From positions 4,216,001 through 4,280,000 of the forward strand of contig NC_043008.1 in the NCBI RefSeq assembly GCF_006345805.1: a stretch of DNA of 64,000 nucleotides, written 5' to 3'. Positions within the stretch are counted from its first letter, which is position 1, and each line of letters begins with the position of its first letter. This stretch comes from Octopus sinensis. Lineage: Eukaryota. Below the pieces are notes generated by a model that ran no database searches, had not been told where the DNA came from, and worked only from the letters and a program-made list of their open reading frames with translations. This document shows, piece by piece, positions 34,503-49,406 of the stretch. A program made the position numbers and the translations under genes.

Positions 34503-35186
34503 TCATCATCATCATCATCATCATTTAACGTCCATTTTGCATGTTGGCATGGGTTGGATGGTTTGACTGAGGACTGGCAAGCCAGAAGGCTGCATCAGTC
34601 TCCAATCTGATCTGGCAGAGTTTCTACAGCTGGATGCCCTTCCTAACACCAACCACTCTGAGTGTGTAGTGGGTGCTTTTACATGTCACCAGCATGAGGG
34701 CCAGTCAGGCAATACTGGCAATGACCTCGCTCAAATGGTGCTTTTTATGTGCCACCGGCACAGGAGCCAGTCTGGCGCCACTGGCAACAATCACACTTGA
34801 ATGGTGCTTTTTTTATGTGCCACAAGCACGGGAGCCAGTCAGCAGCCCTGGCAACAATCATGCTCGAATGATGCTTTTAACATTCCACTGGCACAGGTGC
34901 CAATCAGGCGGTACTGTCATCGGCAATGGCAGCGATTTCATTTGCCTCAACAGGTCTTCACAAGCATAGTTTATGGTCCAGTGATTGAAGGGTACTCTTA
35001 AATGTGCTGGTTATACAGCACTGGCATAGGCCACAATTATAGTCTCACTTGGCTTGCTGGGTCTTCCCAAGCACAGCGTATCTCCAAAGGTCTTGGTCAC
35101 TTGTCATTGCCTTGGTGAGGCCCAATGTTCAAAGATCATGCTTCACCACCTAATCCCAGGTCTTCCTGGGTCTACCTCTTCCGCTG
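34503..35186 (-). mobile_element. RTE LINE 3' fragment with internal ~66-bp tandem repeats in the UTR
   Basis: (CAT)n tail; four GTGCTTTT...CAC..GCA units at ~34672-34930; ORF end RGRPRKTWD at 35150-35180 on minus. Confidence 0.9.
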
Positions 35187-36671
35187 GGTCCATCTGGCAC
35201 ACACATACACATATATGTTTATTTTAAATGTATGACCTTACAGCGTACATTAACTAATTCAAAATACTTTTCACATGAGACTAGAAATAATATTAGTTCT
35301 CACTTTAGACAAGATAGGATAAGAACCCTGAAGATGTCAATATATACTGTAAGAGGACACATTATAGATGAAATAATATACATTCTGACAATGAACTTAG
35401 TCCCTTTTTTTGAACAGTCATTTTCTTTTTTTTTTTCACCTAAGAAATTACACAATTTGGACAACAAATTGAGTCAACCACCCAAAAACTGGAAAGCGTT
35501 CTCCAATGGTCTTTTGTATAGTTTCCTGAAATTTCCTACACCAAGCTTTGGTCAGCAAAGGTTATAATAGCAGATGGTCAAGATGCTATGTAGTGGCAAA
35601 CCCAAAACCCATGTTGTTGAGAAGCAAACTGTTTAACCACATGGCCATACATGTTCTCAGTTACAATTTAAAATCATTCTCCATTCAGTTCTATTCTTCA
35701 GCCTCCTGGTGTTAATGGAGTATTATTATTAATTAATACATTGTAGTTGATTCAGTTATTTATAAATGTTGTCGAAAAATTATCTAATTATTAATTATGC
35801 TTCGTGTTTTATTCTATCTGATATGTGTCCCTTCTAATGTTTATTCTAAATTTCAATCTAAACCGGTTCCGATCCCTTCGAAAGTTCAATCTTTCTAATA
35901 ATACACGTATTTATCTAAAAGCCATTCAAAATATTTTTTTAAAACATGGTTAACAGTCAATTTTAAGCAAAGAACTATTAAATTATATGCATTCTTTAAA
36001 ACTTTTTTTTGTTTTGCTATTCAGGAAATACAGCCTATAATTATAGCTTGTTCTTATCATTTTCATCTGCAGTCTCTCCAAACATTATACACTGGTGTGA
36101 GCTGAATACTTTGTATAATCAGTAATTATTATTACTGAACACAAACGACATATGTTGTTTTGAAATTCGTGCTTTCATAGTTTATTTTTATTTTGTTTTT
36201 GTGTTTCAAAAAATAAGTTCCTCATATTTTGACTAATCAATAAAATGTCCAATATGTGAGTTGTTAGCTGTCAAAAATTCGAATAGATAAATGGCTGAAT
36301 GTACTCTTGTAATGAGAGAAAAATGACAGAATTTTTCTAAATATCCTTCTTCAATTAAGAAGAAAGCCATCATAATGTTTTAACTTTTTCATGACCAAAT
36401 TCCTAATGAAATACACCATTCAAGTGTTTCAATTAATTCTAAAAACAATCAAGAATTTGGGAGAATTTATTTAGCAAAGTAACTAACTTTGTCATTATTA
36501 AATTAGTGTTTGATACGGAACATAATGAAAGCTCCATAAAGAAAATTAGGAAAGTTTTTTTATTAAAACATAATCAATTTGAAAGCAGAAGTTTTCTTTT
36601 GTGCAATGAGAGTTGTTTCTTAGATGAACTAATATATTTAGTCGTATCAGAGCAGGTTATGCAAATACAGC

Positions 36672-37155
<484 letters not shown>

Positions 37156-37307
37156 GACACTGGCAAGTTGTAGGATCATCAAAGTTCAAAAATGATTGCT
37201 AACATCTTATTGTTTGTTTATCTATCTATTTCATATTGTATATTATCACAGATATTATTGATTCATAATTAGACATAAGTTAAGAAAATAATTAATTCTA
37301 TGTATCT

Positions 37308-37711
37308 CATGGTTCAATCTCACTGTGTGGCATCTTGGGCAAGTGCCTTCTACTAGAGTCTCAGGCCAACCAAAACCTTGTGAGCGGATTTGGTTGACCA
37401 AAACTAAAAGAAAGCTGTTGTGTGTGTGTGTATATATATATAATATATATATATATGACATGTGTGTGTGTGTGTGCACACATGTGCATGCACGTGTGTG
37501 TCTGTGTTTGTTCCTCACCACTACTTCACAACCGGTGTTGATGTGGTTACATCTCTGTAACTTAGTGGTTTGGCAAAGGAGACCAACAGAATAAATATCA
37601 GGCTTTAAAAAACACCAAGGACTAGGGTCGATTCATTCGACTAAAAATTCTTCAGGATGGTGCCCCAGCATGGCCACAGTCTAATGACTAAAACAAGTAA
37701 AAGATAAAAGA
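37308..37711 (+). mobile_element. SINE family A, 5'-truncated
   Basis: GGTTCAATCTCACTGTGTGGCATCTTGGGCAAGTG...GGTGCCCCAGCATGGCCACAGTCTAATGACTAAAACAAGTAAAAGAT. Confidence 0.85.
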
Positions 37712-37739
37712 TTTAAATGGGAAATACTTTCCCATCAGT

Positions 37740-37905
37740 GAAGACACATGGCTCAGTGGTTAGAGCATTGGACTCACAATCATGAAGTAGCGAGTTCAGT
37801 TCGCACACCGGGTTGTATATTGTGTTCTTGAGCAAGACACTTTATTTCACATTGCTCCACTTCACTCAGCCATAGAAATTGGTCGCAACATCACCGGTGC
37901 CAAGC
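37740..37905 (+). mobile_element. SINE family C, 5' half
   Basis: TGGCTCAGTGGTTAGAGC (A box), GAGTTCAGTTC (B box), GTGTTCTTGAGCAAGACACTTTATTTCAC. Confidence 0.85.
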
Positions 37906-38033
37906 ATTGTTCAGTAGAGTTTGTACCTATTTTGCATCTTATATCCTATCATTAGCATAGAAATATATAACATGCTACAAGTTGTCTGTAACAACTGAGA
38001 AAAGCCTATGTCTTGTCTTCAGTTATTCTAACG

Positions 38034-38079
<46 letters not shown>

Positions 38080-38304
38080 TTATGTTATATCTTGTGTGTA
38101 CCTCCAGATCTATCTCTGCTGCAGCTTATTTGCATCACCATCAGGAATATTCCTACTTTAATGTGGTTACACCACCTGATATATCCATGTTATATCAGGT
38201 GGTGTTATATCCATGATATATCCATGTTGTATCAGATATAACCAAGTTATATTTGGTTTGTATCACTAAATATATACCTTGTATATCTTGTCATTGGAAT
38301 ATAG

Positions 38305-38610
38305 TGGTGAGGATGCATGGCCTAGTGATTAGGGTGTTGCATTTCCAATCACGAGATCCTGGTTTCAGTTCCCAGGCTGGGTGGCGTGCTGTGTTCTTGA
38401 GCAAAACATTTTGTCTCGTGTTCCTCTGGCAATCACTTCAACACTTGACGCACAGTATACTGTGCACCTATTCAAGCCATGTTGATTTGATGGAGGGGAG
38501 AGTGAGCTAATGGACAACACATTTGATCACTATAAACAAATCCTCTGTGTGGGTCGTTCGGCAAAAGCTGAACACTGATACAGTCTCTCCAATGGAGAGC
38601 CCATCATATC
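38305..38610 (+). mobile_element. tRNA-derived SINE, family C-related head with a different body
   Basis: TGGCCTAGTGATTAGGG (A box), GGTTTCAGTTCCC (B box), GTGTTCTTGAGCAAAACA. Confidence 0.7.
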
Positions 38611-38730
38611 TTCTCAAGAATGTCAGATGTGCTTACATTATATCCTGTCTAAACCATTAAATATATTTTGTCTTATATTTTGCTTTGGTTCTGATAAACC
38701 AATATCTGTAGCCTCATACAAACACATGCA

Positions 38731-38813
<83 letters not shown>

Positions 38814-38815
38814 AT

Positions 38816-38862
<47 letters not shown>
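38731..38862. repeat. (TATC)n followed by (TA)n
   Basis: Direct reading. Confidence 0.95.
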
Positions 38863-38865
<3 letters not shown>

Positions 38866-41454
38866 TGCACACACACACACATGCATACACACACATAAAC
38901 ACATACATCTTTCTCTATCAATTGTGCTGCCAATACGCATTGGTGTATCTTGTCTGTAGCACAAGATATATATTTACCTATTTTCTATATTGAATGTAAC
39001 CTTAGATATACTTTTTGTAACACTATGGCTTCTGTTATTTTCTTCTAGCTTTATCTGTGATTTTCTTTTTCGCTTTTTACAGAACTTTTGTATTGGAGAC
39101 GTTTCTCTATGTTTAGGAAGTGTAAATATGTTGCAGCACTCTGATGAACTCTTTCATTATATTAGAACTAGAATTTTATTCATTTTCTTTCTGTTGTTAA
39201 TGTTGTCTGATTTATCTCCATTTTGTTTAACAGTATTTTATTATATTTTTGCTTGAATTCATACATTGTCTACCAGTTTATTAATGCATTCATTCATTAT
39301 CAATAAGATATTTTTCTCTCTGTGTAATGTCCTTAGTATTTAGTGCAGTGTCAGAGAATTTTAGCTGTATGAAGATTTGGCAGAATTATTGAAGTAAGGA
39401 GACATCATATATTGATCCAGACATGGACCTTGTGCTACACAGGTATTTACAACCACAATGGTTGATTCTGCTTTTGGACCTGAGGTCACCCCTGATATAC
39501 CCAAGCATGTGGTCAAAGGTGTCCTAGGCAGTAACCTTCCCATCTTCTATTTAGACGTATTATATCTAAGGCTACATCTTTTTTTTTATTTTGAAGATGG
39601 TTGGGTGTGATTTGAAGCAGATTTGAATATCATTTTAGCAGCTCAAGGGCCACATGCCTGCGTCACCTATTGGTGGACCTGATAATAATGATGACATCAT
39701 TTTTGTTTGTTGTTTAATTGCCAATTGTCCAGTCATGCCACACCTTATCTATTTCTCTTCAAAGTCTGGTAATTTTAACAGTGAAGGAACCCAGTGAAGG
39801 TACATGGCTCATTGGGCTCACAATCATGATGTAGTGAGTTCAATTCCTGGACTGAGCAATTTTCATGCTGGCATGAGTTGGAAAGGTCACTAATGTTTGA
39901 GTCAGCAGATATTTGGGGATAGTGCTCACCTAAAGAAACTAGAGGACCATGTGTTTCATCCTCAGCTTGGTATCTACAGTTATATGCTTTTCTTAATACC
40001 AACTACCTTACAAAGTATACTGGTTTTTTTTTTTTTGCTTTTTCTTTTCTGGCACCAGCCTCAGTGCCATATCCTTAACTAAAGATTACAAGCTCTTCTC
40101 TAACAAAATACAGAATCTAGTGTACAAAATGAAGAATCTAATTTTGTGTTAGACCCAAACTGGTGTCCTGTTTAACATGATGCTAATACCTGACCATTAA
40201 GTGCATTTAGCAACATCCACTCTAATGCAAGAATTCAGAGCCAGCTTTTAATATGAGGATGACACAACATCATTATACACTGCAGCAGCCCATAAGTGGA
40301 GTTTGTTGATGAATAAAAATGATACTGAACTTATGATAATAATAAAGAGCTTGATCTCTCTGATTCTTCTCCCTGTTGAGTTTCAGAAACTCCTGAAAAA
40401 AAGGGGTATAAACAAGTGCAGCCCTTCCTCCTCTAAGCAAGCAATGGTGAAAACAAAGGAAAGTTGTAAAGCAAAAAGAAAATATTTCAGTAGCCAAGAT
40501 TTTATGAAAGATTTTTGCATCAATACACACACACACACACACATAGACAGGTGTGTGGGAAAACACACGCATGCACACTGAATCTTACAAACATGTACAC
40601 AAATATATACACTAACATTGATGATGATGATGATGGTTTAAGATTGAAGGACAATAAAAACAGCCTTCCAGAGAATTAAATCCTGCAAGTCTCATGTGCC
40701 AAGTAAACATGATTATAGTTAATCCTATGTTTGAAGGTGAATGTCTATATATGTATATACATTTGTGTGTGTGTATAAACATATATATAAAATGTAGACT
40801 TAGATGTGTACCTATGTATATATAATGTATATTTATAATATATGTGTGTGTGTGTGTGTGTATATATATACGCACACATACGGGCATAATGTACACTTAT
40901 TATACATATGTATAATGTACTCACATTTTATACACACACACACAGACACAGACACACGCACACACACACTCAACAATTTCATTCCGCTGCCTTTTTATTT
41001 GTTAGCACAAATATGCCACAGATTGTCCCCTCTTAAGATAAAGCGGGAATGTCATGATTGGGGAAAAAAGTGCAGTTACTTTAAGAGGCTTTATGCTTTA
41101 TTAATTTACATGTCAAAACACAGCCTGATAACAAATTGTATTCACTTGAATTCAAATAGAATTAGGAAGGAATTACACAGCTTGGTGGGATGTGTATATC
41201 TCCTTTGTGGCAAGTCATTCATTCAGTAGAAATATTTCTTAATAGTATATATATATATATATGCACTCACACTTTGCAATATATACATGCACACTTTATG
41301 TATACTCACATATATACACACACAGACACTGATGTATATTTGGTTTTATATGTACATGCTTATATATATATATGTACGTTTATATATATATATATGTACA
41401 CAAGTTTATTTATTAATATATATATATATATGTATATATTTCTTTTATTCTTTT

Positions 41455-41630
41455 ATTCTTTTACATGTTTCAGTCATTAGACTGTGGCCATGCTGGAGCA
41501 CCACCTTTAGTCAAACAAATCAACCTCAGGACTTATTCTTTGTAAGCCTAGTACTTACTCTATCAATCTCTTTTACTAAACTGTTAAGTTACAAGGACGT
41601 AAACACACCAACATTGGTTGTGAAGTGGTG
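41455..41630 (-). mobile_element. SINE family A 3' half
   Basis: TTTCAGTCATTAGACTGTGGCCATGCTGGAGCACCACCTTTAGTC... matches 5465-5630. Confidence 0.85.
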
Positions 41631-42047
41631 TATATATATATATATTAATGAATATATGCACACACACACACACACACACACATATATTATATATATATAT
41701 ATATACATATATACTTAGATATGCTCGTGTGTGTGCAAATATGTGTATGAATATGTATTTTTATATGTGTGCGTTTATATAAATCTCTATGAACTTCTGT
41801 ATAACTAATAAAATTGGAAAGCAAATAAGAATTGCCATGATAACCATCTGTAGTTTTGTCCATCTCTTGATGTGAAGTTTGTGTGTGCCATTCCACAGTG
41901 TGTTTGAATTTGTGTTTCGTCATATGCCTGCTTGGTAGCTGTAGGTAAAATCAAAATTGATGTTTTGGTTGTAAACAATATATATTTTTCCTTATTTGTC
42001 ATAAAACTGGGCTTCAAATAAATAAAAGAGAAAATATAAATTCTGCC

Positions 42048-42058
42048 TAATAATAATG

Positions 42059-42110
<52 letters not shown>
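42048..42110. repeat. (AAT)n microsatellite
   Basis: Direct reading. Confidence 0.95.
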
Positions 42111-42574
42111 TAGCAGTAGCAGCAGCAACAACAACGACAGCAAGTTTGAGAATAACAAGATTAATAGTAGTGTAATTTGTTGTACAAAGGCACAAACAGT
42201 ATGCAATGTTTAAAAGTACTCAATGCTACATGTAGAGTAAAAGCAAACTATTTTTGAAGCCAAACAAATTCAATAATACTTATTTAACTGCAGTTTCATT
42301 TGTCAAACTTTTAAAAATATTGCACATGTTCAATAAATAATGAAACTGAAGAATTTCACTCATTATGTATGTACACACACACACACACATGCACTCACAC
42401 ACACACACACATTTATATATAAATATAATTTTTTTAAAGCCAAAACAATGCAAGTCATAAGAAATAATAAACCAATGGTTTGTACTTTTACCTAGTATTT
42501 CAATATTCACAAGTTTTCGCTTTATGAGCAATCTTTGGGAACAAATTAACTCATATATTGAGGCATTACTTTGT

Positions 42575-42656
<82 letters not shown>

Positions 42657-43872
42657 CAGGCATGACAGAAGTAAATAGACACCCTTATAATCATTCCATT
42701 TATTTGTTAATCCTTATAATGTAAATATTTAATATTTAGTAGACATGCCCTTTGCATTTGTCAGTGCAAGGACCCTATCAGGCATGCTACTGACCAGATG
42801 ATGAATATTCTCTGGAGGAATTTCATGCCATGTTCCATGCATTATTCTCAAAAAACCCGGATTTGAGTCTGGATGCTTTCTTGTTCTTTTTACAAAGTGT
42901 CCTGTCCATTATGCCCAGAGGTGTTCAATAGGGTTCATATCTGGTGACTGGCTTGACCATGGAAGCTTTCTAATGCCATTCTGTTCCAACCAATCTTGAG
43001 TCTTTTTAGCTGTATGACATCTTCCATAAACAGAGAGTCTTCTTTAATCATTTCACCTCGCGAGAAGATTGGAAGGAGTCCCTTCTGCAATATGGACACA
43101 TATCTGAGTTTATCTTTCCTTCACACTCCACTAGCACTGATCAACCATTGCTCCAAATTTGATCCCCGATCATCACAGAATAGCCACCATGTTTTATTGT
43201 TAGCTGCAACCTTTTCACATCAGTTTCTTTGATCACAGAGTCTCCAGACCCACACTCAACCACTGTCAGAAAATACAGCAAATCTGGACTCATCAGAGAA
43301 TATGACAGTGTCCCAAAATGCTATTAACCAACCTCTCTGCCATCTCACTGTCTCAATTTTTTTCTCCACTTTAATGTTGGCTGGTTGACGAAGTGGCTTC
43401 CCTCTTGCTGCTCTACCATAGTAGCCAAGTTTGTGAAGATACCTGACAGCTGTTCTGAGACTGACATCAACAGGTTTTCTTATGTCAGGGTCCTTGCAAT
43501 GAGGATTATCCTCCATACTTCTCTTAACAAAGTGAAGGGTTATGTCAGAGGGCCCTGGTCGATCTGGGCAAGGTGATGTGGACTTCTTCCCCTCTCTAGT
43601 GAACTGCACAATCACTCTATTAACTGTAGAAAGCAGGGTCCCAAAGTTTTCTGTGATTTTACGTTGGCTAAGTCCACGTTCAGATTGACCTACAATATGG
43701 CTTCTTTGAAATTTGAACAGTTCCAAAGCTTCTTTTGTATGTGGCATGATTAAACAGTCACATTTAGAACCTGAAACATATAAATGTCAATTAATATAAA
43801 AATATACAACTTTTCAAGTTAAAATAAACACAAAATGTTTTATGGAGTGTCTATTTACTTCTGTCATGTCTG
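42657..43872 (-). mobile_element. Tc1/mariner DNA transposon, full length (~1.2 kb), decayed
   Basis: TIRs CAGGCATGACAGAAGTAAATAGACACCC and GAGTGTCTATTTACTTCTGTCATGTCTG (26/28 match). Inserted in (TA)n: TA on the left, TG on the right. Confidence 0.92.
42729..43747 (-). pseudogene. Tc1-like transposase, frameshifted
   Basis: HTH region [60 protein letters not shown]. Confidence 0.9.
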
Positions 43873-43952
43873 TGTATATATCTGTGTATGTCTCTATATA
43901 TGTGTTTATATGTGTATGTATATATATCTCTGTGTGTATGTATATGTATGTG

Positions 43953-43998
<46 letters not shown>

Positions 43999-44690
43999 TG
44001 TGTGTTCATATGTGTTCATATATTGCTGTCTCATAGTGTCAGCCGAACTTCTGTCAGTCTCGAAATAAAATGTTGAATTTTTTAACATAATATTTGTTTG
44101 ATTGTTTTTATGTGTCTAGATTTCAAGTTTAACTCACGTTATTTATTTAGTAACTTGTAATTTGTGTCAAGTTATTGCATTTCAATGCCAAACAAAGATT
44201 ACATTTTTTTGGCAACCCCACCATAAACTTCTCAAGCTTTCAAATGGACTATTTTCTTGCTATATTTGTTTTAGGCATTCTCATTTAATTATTAAACCTA
44301 TACAGTCTATCTAAAAATCAGAGAATCAACTATGTACTTTCTTCTACCAAGTATTGTTGCAAAAGTATAAATTTACAGGTCTGTGAAAACTCATAACATT
44401 TTAGTATATAAAAGTTCAAATGGAAAATAGAAAAAAGTTATTTAAAATTGTGTTTTTTTCCTTGTTGTCCATGGATACCATCTTTCATCTTCAGTTTCTG
44501 AAATAAAAACAGGAAATGAAAACATTAGCATTGAGTTAGTGCATGCAGTTTTGTTTCTCTGCTATATAAAATATGAACATCCAACATAATCATAAAACCT
44601 TACTAAAATAAAACCTTTATATTTATTGTATAGAAACCTTCAAATTTAATTTTAGCTTCTTCTTCACTGTATGTAATTTTTTGAGCACAC

Positions 44691-44770
<80 letters not shown>

Positions 44771-45268
44771 TATATATATTTGAAACTTGATTTTTCATAA
44801 CATTAAGACTAGAAATAATTTATGATGGCCATCTGATAAATCAATACCACTTTGATGGAAGATAAACTGGCATAGACGTTTTATTTATTCTACTCTTTAA
44901 ATAACTTTTTATAATAAAATATATGAAAAAGTTATTCACAGAAGATTAAGTGGTCTTAATTTGTCTTGGCTTCTTCTCTGGAACATGTTTTCTTTTTAAC
45001 ATGTAATCTGTACGATTCAAGGAAAGCACTAAAGACGCAAAACTAATGGTATCTTTTAAATCCTATTTTCATTAAATCAGTCATATTTTTTGGCTTTTTG
45101 TAATAACATGAAAACTTTTGATGGTGTTTTATATATTATTTCCTGAAAACTAAATTGTATCAGTTTGTAAAATGCAAAAAAACTATCAATAGCATTTACA
45201 ACCAAACCACAGTATTCTCCCCCCCCCTCTCTCTCTCTCTTTCTCTCTCACACACACATACATTCCTC

Positions 45269-45337
<69 letters not shown>

Positions 45338-45799
45338 GATATACTTAATCTTTGTGAGCTTGTGATTTTTTTTGACTTCAACCTGCAGAGTCTTAGTTGT
45401 TGTCAATGCAACAATTGGTCGTCTGCAGAGTCTCAGACAGAACTCAGTTTCTCCATTTCATCAATAGAAACCAAAATGGAAGCAAAAAATACTCTGACGT
45501 TGATCATTAATTTGATTTTCTGATAATCTACACAGAATAATTTCTGTGAACCCAATTTTACTCTGAAAGCCTGGTCAGTCTGGAGCTCTGTGCTGGGCAG
45601 TGAAATGGAATCTAGAATCACATGACTGTGAAATAAACTTCTTTCCCTCGGAGCCATACTTATGTCTTGGCAGCTGTGAGTTTTAGTTTTCCTTTTTTTC
45701 CCATGTGAAGCTTGTTCAGTTGTGCTTTTGCTTAGAAATATTATGGCTTTGCAAAAGCATACAACTAAAACACTTCAACTTTCAGTTGAAGCATTTTTG

Positions 45800-46152
45800 T
45801 GGTGAGCTGGCAGAATCATAAGCATGCCGGGCAAAATGCTTAGTGGTATTTCGTCTGCCGCTACGTTCTGAGTTCAAATTCCGCCGAGGTCGACTATGCC
45901 CTTTATCCTTTTGGGGTCGATATAATCGACTTAATCCGTTTGTCTGTCCTTGTTTGTCCTCTCTGTGTTTAGCCCCTTGTGGGTAGTAAAGAAATAGGTA
46001 TTTCATTTGTCTTTACGTTCTGAGTTCAAATTCCATCGAGGTCGGCTTTGCCTTTCAGGGTCAATAAATTAAGTACCAGTTGCATACTGGGATCAATCTG
46101 ATCAACTGGCTCATCCCTCAAAATGTCAGGCCTTGTGCCTAGAGTAGAAAAA
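45800..46152 (+). mobile_element. SINE family B with internally repeated body and ~16-bp target-site duplication
   Basis: Two GGTATTTC..TACGTTCTGAGTTCAAATTCC..GAGGTCG units. Flanks AGTTGAAGCATTTTTG (45784-45799) and AGTTAAGGCATTTTTG (46153-46168). Confidence 0.85.
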
Positions 46153-46736
46153 AGTTAAGGCATTTTTGGAATAAATAAAGGAGGGTGAATTATTTTGCAA
46201 TGGGTACCCAATACTTAAAACTCTACGTTCACTGTTTAAGCGGGTGACACAGAATCATCATCATCATCATCATCAGAAAACAGAAACAGTGAGAAGTATG
46301 ACAGTTTCTTTCATTGCTGATACCCAACTGTTGATAATTTCATGATGCTAACCCAGAGGGAAACACAGCTTATGAGAAGCAACACAACCCATCTACCCCA
46401 GGGAAAATCTAATAGGACTTCTGAAGGCAAACAATGTGAATTAATCAGGGTATCAGGTTCTAAAGATGTATGAAACTTTTATGGAACTTGTAACCAAGGA
46501 AAGGGATTTTCCCTCCATTCAGGCAAGATATATTCTTAATGTTTGATCCACTGCACTACATATTTATTTGTATTGTAATATAAGTGGCTTTCCAGTTCTT
46601 TAGATTCTGAGTTCAAACCGTGGCAAGGTCAACTTTGCTTTTCATCCTTTTGGGGGTTGATAAAATAAGTGTCAGTTGCATGATAGTCAATGGAATCAAC
46701 TTATTTGAAACCATTATAATCTAAGTGGTTGATTTC

Positions 46737-46773
<37 letters not shown>

Positions 46774-48789
46774 TTAATTTAATCCTAAGGCAGAATTTAT
46801 GTGACAAGAGAGTGATAAGACTGCTCTTTACTATAACAGGTCTGTTCTATTTAATGCACATTTTCAGTTTTTGTGTATTCAGTTTCACCCACTTAACTCA
46901 GAGTAACCAGTGAGCACAAGACACTTATTAAAGGTGTCATGCAATGCAATCAAACCCAGGATCTTGTGATTGTAAAACAAACTTCTTGACCATTAGGCCA
47001 TGACTTCATTCATAAGTAGCCTAGTATTCTACCACACACACACACACAGAGGAGATCTGAAGACAGTAGATATTACCAGCTGATACATTTCATTGCAAAT
47101 TTAATACTCCTTTTACGTGACTGCAAGAAGCTAACTGACTTTAGAATATAATCCAAGTGATACGAACGAACGTAGACAAAGACTTTTGGAATGTGTAAAG
47201 GTAGAATTATCAAGATTACTTTTGAAATAATAAGAGCTGAATAACTCTATTGTGAATATAGTAAATCAGAAGAGCTTATATTGACAAATTTTAGATGTTA
47301 TTAGTTATTTTTGTTCGGCTTCAAAACAGCCCTAATCAACCAACCTACGATCAAAGATTAACTGTCACCATCTCAATTTTCTTTTTTCAAGATGTAAAGT
47401 ATCTGGGTTTATATCCTCCAGTGTTTTCCTCTTCCTTGTTTAAATTGTAAAATGTAATCTGAGGAAGATTTGGCTGGAATGCCTAGTTGAGTAGCCACAT
47501 AGTCTTCCACGTTGGCCCATTAAATTTGATTATATCTTTTACACTGGAATGGTGCTAAGGCATGTTTAAATAGAAGAGCAATCAATAACAGTGGAAAAAC
47601 ATATTTCCGTGATTATTCTCTAATTCTTCAAAGGCTATCAATTGCTGTTGAATGTATATATAACAAGTAAGATACATCACTTGAAACAATCTAAAAATAA
47701 ATTCAAGCAAATGATAGCTAAGAAGCTTTTACAACTTCATAAATTCTTTTCTATTATATGATTGATTGCTATTAACCATAACAGATTGCTATTTTGTTTT
47801 AATATATCAAAATTAAGAATATGAAGTGTCAACATTTATATGGCATGCTAGCAGAGTATTCAATTGTTCCAGCAAAAGATTTATGTCTCATATTCATAAT
47901 AATTACTGTAAGAAAATAAATGGCTGACAGTCTGTTGTAAATCTTATGTTCTTAACGTATGATTTGTTGGAACAGAATAAATACTCTGTTGTCATAGATG
48001 GCTACACTGCCATAAAAGGTCAACAACGGTTTCACTGGTGGTTGTCATTAGCTTAGCAGCAAACATGAAGAACATAGTTCTATTTTATTTATTCTTTTAT
48101 CCAAGGTTTGAAAGTATTTTTCAATTTTGCTTCTTTAATTTGTTTTGTTGTTTTTTTAAAAAGTTTTTGCCCAGTTATTTAATCAAGATAAAGTTTAATC
48201 ATGCTATAAAGTTGACATAATTCTGGCGTTATAATAATTCCATCTCAAAAGATATCCTTGGATTGTTTTTTTTCATATATTCATTTTAATGCAATAGATG
48301 TATGGAAACATTTTATAGCTCTGTGTCTCAAATATTCCTCACCTTAAAGTTTTCCATAATATAATATAACATTCAAGAAATATCTTTTTCTTATTTAACT
48401 CTTCTTGAATCTCCTGTTAATGAAATAACTCAACAGTAAAGATGGCTTAAACTTCACCTTTCCTATTCAAAATTCCAATATGTGACAAAGAAAGCTGACT
48501 GCTTTTTTTTTTGCGGTGTGTATGTAGTGGTGGTGGTGATGATGGGGATCAGGAGATAGATGGAATCAAAAAGCTTAAATGTAATAATATGTAGAGTGAA
48601 TCAATAACAATATAGGAATTAAACCAAGATTAATATATACAAAATTCTTAGGAAAGAATTCCATTTTCACTTGTTGAAATTGAAGTTTTGTTTCAATTTT
48701 TCTTTCATTCTTTTTCAACTTTATCTTGTTTTCTAACTTAACTTACATTCTTCTTAGTTTGGTAATTTTTAAACTATTCTTTCTCTCTT

Positions 48790-48830
<41 letters not shown>

Positions 48831-49406
48831 TTCTCTCTCTCTCTCTTTTCTTTTCTTATTAGAATAAAATTATTTTAAGAGATTCTTCGCTGAAAATGTT
48901 TTCTGAAATTTATGAACATTATTGTATGTCTGTTCTGAATAACAAATATTTTTATTTCCAACTTCTTCAAAGATTTTTGAAAAGTTAACATATCTTTTTT
49001 TTTTTTTTTGCCTTAAATCTAGGATACTTTAAATGTTTCTGTGAGAACATTCAATGTGAAAAAAACAAAGAAAAAAATACAAATTTCTTTCTCACTTTAT
49101 AGTAGTCAATGAAGATTCGAGAAATAATATTTCAAATATGTTAACATTTTATTTTGTTTTTAAAATATTAGTGTTGTTTAAAATAAAGATTTCATTATCA
49201 GTTCAAGATTTGTCTGCCAGAAATTTAAAACACTTTTCAGTGAAACTATATATATATATATATATATATCTTCGTTTAGCGTCCGCTTTTCATGCTAGCA
49301 TGGATTGGACATATATATATATTACTACACCTTTTATTTTTGATGATGGCTTCAAAGAAGGTTCTGAGAACCAAATTTGGTTCTGAGTTACTGCTAAAAT
49401 TGCTAT

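Noticed and set aside
49367-49384. 18-bp perfect palindrome AGAACCAAATTTGGTTCT
   Set aside because: Isolated and short, with no associated element ends; no functional claim can be supported.
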